This document shows positions 1 through 10,127 of a stretch of 16,476 nucleotides of DNA, piece after piece. The stretch lies in NCBI RefSeq assembly GCF_000143415.4, contig NW_003314391.1, positions 383,493 through 399,968 on the forward strand, written 5' to 3'. A model generated the notes under the pieces. It saw nothing but the letters and a program-made list of their open reading frames with translations. It made no database searches and was not told the DNA's origin. How positions within the stretch are numbered: position 1 is the stretch's first letter; each line of letters opens with the position of its first letter. Source of the DNA: Selaginella moellendorffii (Eukaryota; Plantae; Lycopodiophyta). The position numbers and the translations under genes are program-made.

Positions 1-3000
1 AACTAGTAGTATAGTACAGGAACCACCAAAATCATCATGTTTGGAAAACATAGGATTGACTATCCAACAAAATTCAATAGCAAGTATATCATCAAGTAAA
101 CTCAAGGATGAAACTTAACTACCGAAGATAGCAGACAGTAAGGCAACAACTTACTAAAGATAACTCAAAGAAAACAAAGTATCATTGACTGACAAGCACA
201 ATGCTTGCAAATGTATCACCTGAAGGAAATAACATCCCAACCTATCAGAACTAACTCGAGTAATAATCAATAGAACAGAATGAATGCGGTAAGATCAACA
301 AACACCCATTCATGCCAACTATCACACTAGCCAATTCGAATAGATCCCAGCTAACAACACTAACGAACTCAAGTTGCCTAAGCAAGTGTTAACAACATCC
401 TAAGGCCCACAGGCTCGACCACTAAATCCCATTGTCCTCTGGGATTTCCTCACCACATGATTGTGTCCTTGATCACTACACCAAAGGATTGTTCTTCTTC
501 CTTTCCACAGTCTGGGACTTTGGGATAACATTTTGAAACACCATAGCCCTATGCGAGCTTTATAGGTACTCTCCCCACCTTCTGCCTTTGGGTGCTCTAA
601 CCATGAGCTTAGAGCGAGGTTCTATTGAGCCATGCTAGATATCCAAGTAAATAGTGCCACCCATGCTTGGATTGGGAGCATCGACCATTCGATCTCCTAA
701 GGGAACTAGAGCTAGCTTTTGAACACTTAACCAAGCTACCTCACTTATCGGTCTGTATTCACTCTCACATTTTGCTCTAAAATGGATCAATTGAAAAGCA
801 AGCATTCAATGATTCAATGATGCAATGGTAGCAAGATGTTACTTTGACCAACACTAGGAGATCTACACTTGGTTGAGCAGTATGAGATGGATATTCTAGG
901 ACTTCTTATGGGGGTGGCACATGCCTAATCTTAAGGGCAACAACCAGGCTCACTAAGATCATGAGGCATATATGGATGCTCTTATAAGCACAAAAAGAAT
1001 TAGTAGAAAGCCAAAAAACTGGTATGAAAAGGGCATCTAAACTGAAGTTTTTATTTATAATTTAATTACATTTAAAAGTTTTAAGTAATTATTAATTTCT
1101 ACTTTTACCAGCTATTTTATAGAATAAACTGGAAATGCCAAAGACCGTTTCAAAAGTGGATACACTCAGAATTTAACTCATATTAATTTCTAGATAGAAA
1201 ATTAAATTATTGCATAAATTGCACAATCTTTACATCCTTATATAGCATCCTCTCAGATCCGTACTCTTGGATGTTCTTGGTGGCCAATCAATTGAAAAGG
1301 AAAAGGGGTAATATTTTGCATTTGTGACTCCAACCTGTGGCCCAAAGCTTAATTGAGCCAAGCTCAATTAAATTTTTTATTGTTAGTAAATGAAAAAGCC
1401 ATAAGGAAGGAAGAACTTTATGAGATGAAAAAACTCCTTGAATTATATAGAGTTGGCAAGAGAAAAAACATAAAACAAAAAAAAACCCTATGCAAGCTAT
1501 TGTGCTCAAGACATTTCTGGTCTCCACCTCTTTCAGAGGCCTCCTCTCCAGCTTGAGCATGCCACACCCCAACAAAGGAAAAAGAAATAAAACTTTTAAA
1601 ACTCTTCAGAGTCACCATCTTAGAAGATCTTGCCCCAACCTCTTTCATATCACCTGATCCAGGAGGTTGACACATGAGAATTAAAAACAGGTATCTTTAC
1701 ATCAGTTTTTTTACCTGATGTTTGCAATATCCACCTCGAAAGAGTGGCCTAAGTGGTTTCTACACTGCAAAAAGACCCTTCTCCTTGTACTGCCATTGCA
1801 TTCCCTTCTTGTGCACGACCATGGCTACAGACACAGCCATGTTGGAGCTATAACATCCAGGATGAAACTGGAAAGTGCGCTGAAGAAAAAAAAAACTCTT
1901 GCTGCCCTTGGAAACATAAGCAGGAATAACTGCAAGTAGCAAGCGAGCTCGCTCTATCTTTGTTGCTCCCTATTGCAAGCCGAGGTCCAGGGATTGTAGC
2001 TACCATTCTGTGGGGGGAGCAAGTACATCACCATGTAGTTCTCTAGAAAGAAGCTCCTATGCTGTATGAAAGTTGACTGAACTTTGTAGTTGGTAGCACG
2101 TTTTTCTAAAGTTGTGATACTTCATTTTTAACACACAATCTGCTTTAAAAGCCTTCAGCAATGCAGCGTTGGAGTTCCATTGGAGATGAATTCCTGCAGC
2201 TCTCAATATAACACCCCAAAGAACATCTTTTCTTCCAATCTCTTGGATTCGCATTTGCCATTGCTGCCAGATCATCTACAGAGATCACTCTTTCGAAGCT
2301 CTGTGCCTACATTTCATTCACCAGCAATCCTCAACATGATTTTTCCCACAACCATGGTTACTGAGTCTCCCCTGGACCTGTAATCTTGAGCCTCTGTAGA
2401 TGATTATTTATGGCCATTTCTATAAATTCCACCAAGTTCTAGTTGTAGAGATGGAAGCATTCAAGGTTCTTCTTTGATCTTGATATCTCAATCTGCTTGG
2501 CCCGTGAATCCTCCTCCTCAAGCACAAGAGATGATGTCCATCCCAGGCTCCAAGTTTGTCAGTGCAGTTCCACCATATGGGAAGCCATACTTCACATCAA
2601 GCCAACAGGGCATTGGACAGATGGTAGAACAAATTCCATTGTTGCTAACCTTTTCTTGAGCCTTACACCAAATTTCCAATGCATAGCATGTATCCAAGAT
2701 ATCCAATTTACTTGTCAACACATCTGAAGTGCTATTAATTTTTCAAATCTCAAGTGTTAGGTGATGTCAGTAATGATAATTCTTCAATGATATAAATTTG
2801 ATTCATAATATGAGTCAAGTTATATCCATAAGTGTGAACATTAACTGCAAACACTGCTCAATAATATTTAGAGCACGTGCCTATAGTTTAGGTTCTTGCA
2901 CAACACAAAATAAATTTATAGATGAGGATCCATCCAATTTAACAGCATATTTAATATGGTAATATAACATGCCTTATTTATACTCTTTAAAGTTCTAGTA

Positions 3001-3654
3001 ACGAATCTAAAACATGTATGAAATATTGATGAGAATGCATCCTTTATATAAAATTTGAAGAAATTAATATTATATCTCTAATAACTTAAACATTGACATG
3101 AGCTAGTTATATTATCATTAAAATATAAAAAATAAAGAATTATGATTGAGATAAAATATATTTTTTATCATGATAAGATAAAATAGGATCTATGATATAC
3201 TGATATGGTGATAGTGATATGATGATGTGGTGATTTAAGTTATTTGGAATGAATGGCTGCAAGTTAGCTGCCAAGATTATAGTTAAAGTAGCCATTGTTT
3301 GTGCTGAGCATGGGAGTGATTGAATGCACAAGAGATTGAGAGCAAATGATCATTTACACGAGATTTAGGATGCAAGTGATTGAGCATGCAAAAAATTGAG
3401 TTGAGGGCACGAAAGATTTAGTGCAAGATCTAGAAGGGTGATGAAGAACTATGCTACTTGGAATTTATCTAGAGGTATGACATCACTCTTAATCTTGTGT
3501 TTGCCACATTAACATTTAGTATGTTTAATCATGGAAAAATATCAGCTATATTTTACTATAAATTCTAGCCAAATATAACAATTTTATTTATAACCATATA
3601 TTTTTAGTTTATTACTATCATAAATGACTTAAAATATAATAATAAATATCAACT

Positions 3655-3837
3655 TGTAAGGTTTGTAAATACATGTATGTATATACATGTATTACTTTAG
3701 CTAGGTAATACACTAATTATAATACTAGCATATGGAATATTAATTTAGGATTGAATTTGATCCATCCATTTTTGTATATAAGCAAAAAGGTCTAAACCCC
3801 AATTAATATATCTATTTCTATATCCCAAACACTCACA
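3655..3837 (+). repeat. 5' LTR of outer element (183 bp, TG...CA)
   Basis: Starts TGTAAGG, ends CTCACA. TATATAA at 3775-3781. Aligns end to end with 11458-11709. Confidence 0.85.
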
Positions 3838-3838
3838 T

Positions 3839-3849
3839 TGGTGGAAATG
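3839..3849 (+). other. Primer-binding site of outer element, tRNA-Ala-like
   Basis: TGGTGGAAATG, separated from the LTR end by 1 nt. It matches the complement of the plant tRNA-Ala 3' end (TGGTGGAGATG) at 10/11 positions, with one G>A change. Confidence 0.65.
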
Positions 3850-4916
3850 AAAGGCACTACAATTTGTCCCTGAAAGGCAAAGTTTTTTGGTAATGCTTTG
3901 CTTTAGTGTTTAGGATTATGCATTTTTGTTCTTATTTTTTCATTCTTTTTTAGATCTAAATTTGTATTAGCTTTTTGCAAGATCTAGAATTTTAAATATA
4001 GTTGTGTTTAGATTTGCTCTTCTTTTGATCTTCATTGCATTCTCTTCTTCTACTATACCTCGCTGTCATTGATCAAAAAGGATATCACTTGAGATTGCTA
4101 ATATTGCTTCATTAGATCAAACTTTTGGTGCTATAGGGTGTAATTATGTTGGTGTTACACCCATCCTTGGTGTGTTCCCGTCTCTAACTTCTGTGGGACA
4201 TGATTACATAGCTTATCATGTTCTCAATGTTTTTCCATCTTTTGTTGATGTGAAGGATGATTGTGCATTGATTGGTGTGCTATGGATGATGCAGTCTAGT
4301 TCTTGGAGAATGTTTGAGGATGAATTTATAGGAAGATGATGTGTATGAGCTTGAATGGATTCTAGATAGAACTTGATTATTATAGAAATAGTTTTGGATA
4401 TGAAGTGGAGATTTCACGGGGTAGGTGTCAATCATTCAATTTGCCATTTGATTCTTTTTCTTTACCTTCTACTCTTTCCCAACATTTTCTTATTTTTCAA
4501 ACTTGAACCACCTTCTTATGTTCTTAGTATTTCTTTCTTGTTTACAATGTTTTTTTCTCCTAACACATTAATCATTTATGACTTTGATAATTCTCATTCT
4601 TAATCCAGTGTTGAGTTGAGTGTTTTTTGTCCTTTTCATACTAATTTGGATGTTGAGTGTATGTATGAAATTGAGAATCTTGTTTTTGTTTCATTAGTAG
4701 AGTTTATGATCAGTTTTGGTATTAAATATTCCATTGTTCCAAGGGTTGAGTCACTTTGGCCAGAGTTTTAGGTTGAATGCATATCCCCATTTATGAGTGT
4801 CATTAAGAGCCTTTACTTTACCATTACTATTGAGAAGTTTATGTATTCCCTTGAGCATATAGATATTGTTATTGATTTTCCCATCTCAAATATTGAGTTA
4901 TGTGTTAAGAAGGTTG

Positions 4917-4921
4917 AGTAG
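4917..4921. repeat. Target-site duplication AGTAG (left)
   Basis: AGTAG immediately before TGTCAAGAC at 4922; identical to 10509-10513. Confidence 0.95.
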
Positions 4922-5307
4922 TGTCAAGACTCCCAACAAGATCAAGACTGGAAAATGCAAAAGACAAAAAGAAAAGCTAGTGGAAACAAAGAAGAAACCT
5001 TAGACTGGCATTGATTCAGATTGTGGAGAAATGGAATAAGGCTAATCTATATATACTATAAGTTGATGAAGCTCCACCACTCTTGAATCGAGGACGGCCT
5101 AAATATAGCTGAGGTCGAGGAGGCGCCACATCATCATCAGGAATATGGCTCGAGACTCAGGAATCGTATGGGAAATTAAGAGTTAGGAATAGGGAAGTGT
5201 CTAGAGAGTCAAGAATAGGGAAGTGTCTCGAGAGTCAGAAATGTGGTCTGTAGGTCAGGAATCCGGTGAGAGTCAAGAATGTGGCAAGAATTGGGGGATT
5301 CCTAACA
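4922..5307 (-). repeat. 3' LTR of chromovirus (386 bp)
   Basis: TGTCAAGAC...TTCCTAACA on +. About 92% identical to 10128-10508 by manual alignment. Carries a private 26-bp tandem duplication (GAATAGGGAAGTGTCT.GAGAGTCA.). Confidence 0.97.
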
Positions 5308-5320
5308 ACACCCCCTCCTC
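5308..5320 (-). other. Polypurine tract of chromovirus
   Basis: The - strand reads GAGGAGGGGGTGT directly before the 3' LTR start TGTTAGG. Confidence 0.9.
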
Positions 5321-5420
5321 AAGAACGAGTGAAATGAGGACGTGAATGAGAACGAAGAAGAGGATGAGATGGGCAGCGAGGGACGGGAGATGGAGAAAAA
5401 GAATGAGGACTGGGACAAGA

Positions 5421-5582
5421 AGGATAGTGGCAGTGGAAGTCCTGAACAAGGTCAAGAGAATGAATATGGTTGTCCGCAGGTTCCCAAGTGTGTTCTTCAG
5501 GTCCATAACCCTTCTAGTCGACCAGATAGTAGAGTTTAGACTGTGAGATCTTGGAATCAAGGATGTCCTAAACCTCATACTC
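5421..5582 (-). other. Chromodomain at integrase C-terminus (group I type; two premature stops)
   Basis: Manual translation in the integrase frame gives EYEV*DILDSKISQSKLYYLVD*KGYGPEEHTWEPADNHIHSLDLVQDFHCHYP. This fits the chromodomain pattern Y.VE.IL...YLV.WKGY...TWEP..N. Confidence 0.93.
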
Positions 5583-8500
5583 AGACCCATCCTTGAGCTG
5601 CACTGGTGGAGGCAGAGGAATGACTTGATTTGGAATAGGACTGGGAATATAAAGCTCAAGGAGAGAGGAGTGAAAAATGGGGTGAATTTGATATGAGGAG
5701 GGAAGTGCAAGGCGATAAGTGACAAGATTAATGATGGCAGTGATAGGGAAAGGACCGAGGTGTTTGAAATCAAGTTTGGGACATGGCCTAGTGGTGGAGA
5801 TATTTCGCCTGAGGAGCCAAACTTTATCCTCAATATTGTAAGGGGGACAATCTTGACGATGGACATTGGCAAATGTTTTGTGAGATTCCTAAGCATGATG
5901 GAGATGGAAGGAGATGGAGTTGTGGATTTCCTGGAGGTTGGAGACAAATGCCTTAAAGTGGGGATTTGAATGAGAGGATTCGGATGGAGAAGGAAGTGAG
6001 AGATTGAATCAGGGATTTTGGCCAGAGTTCGCAAAGAAAGGGGAAACTCGAAGCAAAGAGTGAATAGAGTTGTTATAGGAGAACTCAGCAAGGGGAAGGA
6101 TATCGAACCAGTCATCCTGATGATAGTTGATGAAGCACCTTAGGAATTGTTCCAATGTCTGAATTGTTCGCTCGGACTGTCTATCAGTTTGAGGATGATA
6201 CGCCGAAGAGAGGTTGGCCTTCACTCCAAGCAGCTGCAAAAACCGTTGCCAGAAATGAGAGATGAACTGAGGTCCCCAATCCGAAACCACATCTGCAGGA
6301 ATCCCATGAAGTCAGAAAATTTCCCTGAATACCAGTTTTGCCATGTCCTCGCCCAAAAACTCCTTGGTACACGGCAGGAAGTGTGCTATCTTTGTGAAGC
6401 GATCCACCACAACTAAAATGTTGTTGAAGCCTCCAGAACTCGAAAGATCACTCAAGAAATCCATGGAGATGGATTCCCAAGGACCTGAAGGGACTGGGAG
6501 GGAACGAAGAAAACCTGAAGGAAGGTGGTGAGGTACTTTATTCCGGGTGCAAGTGTCACAGGAGGTAACAAAAGCTTTGATGTAGTCATCCATGTGAGGC
6601 CACCAAAAGTCCCTTGCAACCAGCTTATAGGTTTTCACAATGCCGAAGTGACCAGCAATCAGGCTATCGTGGCACACCATCAAGACCAACCTTCGAGCAT
6701 CACCTTCAAGAACGTAAATCTGCTCCCCATGGTACAACAAGCCATCTAAGAACTTGAACTCGTCAATATGCCGGTAGTCAGGAGTCACTGGGTGTCCAGC
6801 TTGAAGATGGGGGAAAATGTCGCTGGCGAAATCATCGGATTGAAGATCATTTCTGATCGCATCCAGCAAGGAGGAGTCCTGAGGGGCCAAGGAAATTGCC
6901 ATAACTTGAATCCAATCAGGACCGAGGATAACTTGATCCTATTAATCGAAGGTAGGATTACCAAGCCTGAGATTGAGATAGGAGTGCCTTGAAAGAGCAT
7001 CAGGAAGGCCTTGAAGCTTTCCAGGTCTGTACTTGATAACAAAGTCAAACCAACTTAAAAATTGTGCCCACCTTGCTTGACGACGGCTCAAAACTCAGAA
7101 AGTGGCAAAGTACTCGAGATTTTTGTGATCCGTCCAGACCGTTTTTTGATGGCCCGCCCCCTCCAAGAAATGACGCCACTCTCCAAAGGAATCCACAATA
7201 GCAAGGAGCTCCCTGTCATGGATTTCATAATTGACTCCGCAGGTTGGAATTTCTGAGAATGGAAGGTGACCGGATGAAATTCTTGATTCGCTCCGAGTTG
7301 AGACAGCACAGCATCGATGGCAAAGTCAGAGGCATCAGCCTCGATGAAAAAAGGTTGTGAAGGATCAGCGTGGATTAAGACGGGTGCAGAACTGAAGGCC
7401 GCCTTGAGTGTGCCGAAAGCTACTGGGCAGCAGCAGACCAAGAGAAGGGAACATCCTTGCGAGTGAGATGCATGAGAGGAAGGACAATGTCAAAGTAGTG
7501 ATCAATGAATTTGCGGTAAAAGTTGGCGAAGCCAAGGAAAACCTGAACATCCAACATTAATTATGGAGGCTTTCATTCGAGAATAGTCTTGACTTTGGCA
7601 AGATCCATTGTGATACCATCAGGAGTGACAATGTAACCAAGGAACTCCACAGACTCCTGATCGAAGGAACATTTCTCAAGCTTCGCATATAGGCCGTGTT
7701 CCTGTAGCTTTGCCAACACCTTGCACTCATGCTCGTCATGCTCCTCTTGAGTTTTTGAGTAGATGAGGATGTCATCGAGGTAAATGATCACCATCTGATC
7801 AAGAAACTCCCGAAAGATGTCATTCGCCATGTGTTGGAAAACTGCTGGAGCATTTGTCAAGCTAAATGGCATGACAGTGTACTCAAAGTGGCCATAACGG
7901 GTTCGGAACGTAGTTTTCCATTCATGACCAGGCCGGATCCGGATCAGGTTATATGCTCCACAGAGGTTGATCTTGGTGAAGAAGCGGGCACCACCAAGGC
8001 ATTCCAACAGGTCTGAGATCAAGGGCAGCGGATAACGGTTCTGAACAATCACCTTGTTCAAACCTCGATAGTTAATGACTAGCCGCAAACTCTCATCCTT
8101 CTTCTTGACAAAGAAGACAGGTGCTCTAGCCGGGGACTGCGAATGCTGAATGTACCCCGAGGCAAGGTTCTCATCGACATACTCTTTGAGGGCCTTAAGC
8201 TCGGACGGGGATAACCCGTAGATAGGCCCCCATGGAGGTGACGCTCCTTCCTGTAAATCAATGGGACAGTCATAAGGCCGATGAACAGGCAGTACACTAG
8301 CTTTTTTCTTGTCAAACACATCCCCAAAATCATGATACTTCTCAGGAAAATTAACAGGAGAAATATGCAAAGCAAAAAGGAAAATAGGTTCTTCATGAAG
8401 GAGTTCTTTCATAATGATTGTGGAGATAAGAGGAGGCGTATGACTAAATGGAATGATGAGACGAGGATACTGTCCAATGTAAGATGGAAGAAAGGAAAAA

Positions 8501-9039
8501 GAAGAGAGTGAAAACTTCGTAGAGTCTGGAACAAAACCCCGATTTGAGTTTAGGGAATTTTTCCTAGTTCGGACTTGATGAACAGCAGGGGAAGTCATGG
8601 GAGATGGTGATGTGGGAGAGATGAATTGTAATTCCTTCCAATAGATTTGAGGCTGATGTACTTGGAACCAAGAAAGGACCACAGAGGAGGACTTGTTGTT
8701 GATGATGTTGAAGGCGATATCGGTGATGGTGGACCCGATGTGTACTCGAACGAGCAACATTTCCCTAAGTCCAGAAGATGGAAACACAAAATGCCCGCTA
8801 ATGCCTTCAACCCTCAGATCCTGTATGGTAGGAGGAAGAGGAACATGATGTCAGGCAGCAAAGTCCGTGTCCATGAAGCAGGAAGTTGCACCCGAGTCCA
8901 GTAGCACTAGAGTCTTGAGTCCTGATTGTCCGGTGAAAGAAATAAGACATGGGACGCGGAAATTGCAAGAATTGGTGGTGGCTTTGATGAAAGGTGGTGA
9001 AAAGCTTGATAAAGAAGAAAAGTGATTTTTATTCGGGGA

Positions 9040-9084
9040 GTCCAAACAGACAGCTCTTACTCTGTTTGGACAGGGTCATTTCCC
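9040..9084 (-). promoter_or_regulatory. Programmed -1 ribosomal frameshift signal between gag and pol
   Basis: The - strand has G GGA AAT (9084-9078) in X XXY YYZ phase with gag, a 6-nt spacer, then a perfect 11-bp stem GTCCAAACAGA/TCTGTTTGGAC with a 10-nt loop containing the gag TAA. The -1 frame is the protease frame. Confidence 0.8.
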
Positions 9085-10028
9085 GACTGCAACAGAGGTA
9101 GACTTTGAGGCAGAGTGAACTTGAGTAGTCGGGGAGGCTTCTTGGGACACACAGCTGCTTTGTGATTAAAATCAATATAGTAGAGGTAAAGATTATGAGA
9201 TATTTGACATTGCTTCTCAGCAAAACTCAACTTCCCTCTGATGAGTCGGGGAGTACCAGAAATATCTATCGAGACCAGAGCAGTAGGTTCAGGAGTATGC
9301 CCCGAAGACTCAAGCTGGGATTCCTAAGTCTGGGACGGGAAAACAGTGGTGCGACGACTTTCCTAACGACATTCAAAGAGACAATTGTCACATCGAACAA
9401 CTTTGTTGATGGCGTCCGACAGGTCCGTGGGATCCTCCATGGTGAGCAACAAATCCTTGACACCGTTGTTGAGGCCGAAACGAAATTGATCAATCAGGGC
9501 CTGCTCATCCCACTGAGTGTCCAAGGCAAGGAGTTAGAACTCTGCAACATAGATCGAGGCAGGACGAGACCCCTGAGAGAGACGTCTCATCTTTGTGGTG
9601 GCAGCCCGAACCCAGTCTGTCTCGCCAAAACATGCTTCAAGCTTCTTTTTGAACAATTGAAGATCCATCAACTCCGAAACCATGACCCCTTTCATGCTCT
9701 TCTCCAGAAGAGGAGAAAACCATGACAAAGCTGCACCTTTGAGCAGTGTCCCAATTGCGCCAATTTGAGACTCGGGAGTGGGGTATTGTCGATGTTGAAG
9801 TGCGAAGATCAGCTCCATCTGGTTCAGGAATCCACGAAGCTCCGAACGCTTGCTTGAAAATTTCACCGGGAAACTCACCTTCGGTTCAGGAACTTTGCTG
9901 GATCCTTGAGCCGAAAGTGAAGCAAGCTCCTATTGCATGCGAAGAAGGGTCGCCTTCAGCTCGGTATTCTCAGATTGGATTTTTGCAAGGACTTTGGCAA
10001 AGAAATTATGATGGCTTGGAGACTCCAT
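9057..10028 (-). pseudogene. gag: gag pseudogene (capsid plus degenerate zinc knuckle)
   Basis: One reading frame from ATG 10028 (MESPSHHNFFAKV...PEPKVSFPVKFSSKRSELRGFLNQM...LKGAALSWF...LSQGSRPASIYVAEF*LLALDTQWDEQALIDQFRFGL...NLYLYYIDFNHKAAVCPKK...) to TAA 9059-9057, with several in-frame stops. Confidence 0.92.
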
Positions 10029-10110
10029 CGGCAAAGAAGAAAGAAAAAAGGGAGAAAAAAGGCAAAGGCAATCAAACAATCAAAACGAGCTAAAGCAAAA
10101 AATGAAAAAA

Positions 10111-10125
10111 CACAATCTAAATCAA
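10111..10125 (-). other. Non-tRNA (self-priming type) primer-binding site
   Basis: The - strand after the 5' LTR reads AT-TTGATTTAGATTGTG, with no TGG. It is complementary to the LTR segment 10252-10238 (CACAATCTGAATCAA): 14 Watson-Crick pairs plus one G:U. Confidence 0.8.
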
Positions 10126-10127
10126 AT

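Larger units (their letters stand above)
5319..9084 (-). pseudogene. pol: pol polyprotein pseudogene (PR-RT-RNaseH-INT-CHD)
   Basis: ORF-track fragments 8851-9045 (LVLLDSGATSCF), 7573-8787 (RT: PWGPIYGLS, LRLVINYRGLNK, YEYTVMPF-like FEYTVMPF, IYLDDILIYS), 7088-7441 ([12 protein letters not shown]), 6312-6902 (HDSLIAGHFG...CDTC, WESISMDF, VVVDRFTK) and 6009-6290 (SDWGPQF, SAYHPQTD.QSER). Manual translation continues through KLDFKHLGPFPI to a TGA at 5321-5319. Confidence 0.95.

Noticed and set aside
1-960. Possible further LTR remnant (strand-biased composition, CCTATAAAG on - strand near 559-567)
   Set aside because: No second copy, terminus, PBS, PPT or TSD is visible in the window, so it cannot be supported.
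1942-1953. 12-bp palindrome AGCGAGCTCGCT, and similar GATC-based palindromes near 15525-15555
   Set aside because: Short and isolated, with no supporting context; compatible with chance.
5273-6115. 280-aa hydrophobic - strand ORF (could be mistaken for an env-like extra gene)
   Set aside because: It is an off-frame shadow of the integrase/chromodomain region. The interrupted neighbouring frame carries the conserved GPF and chromodomain motifs.
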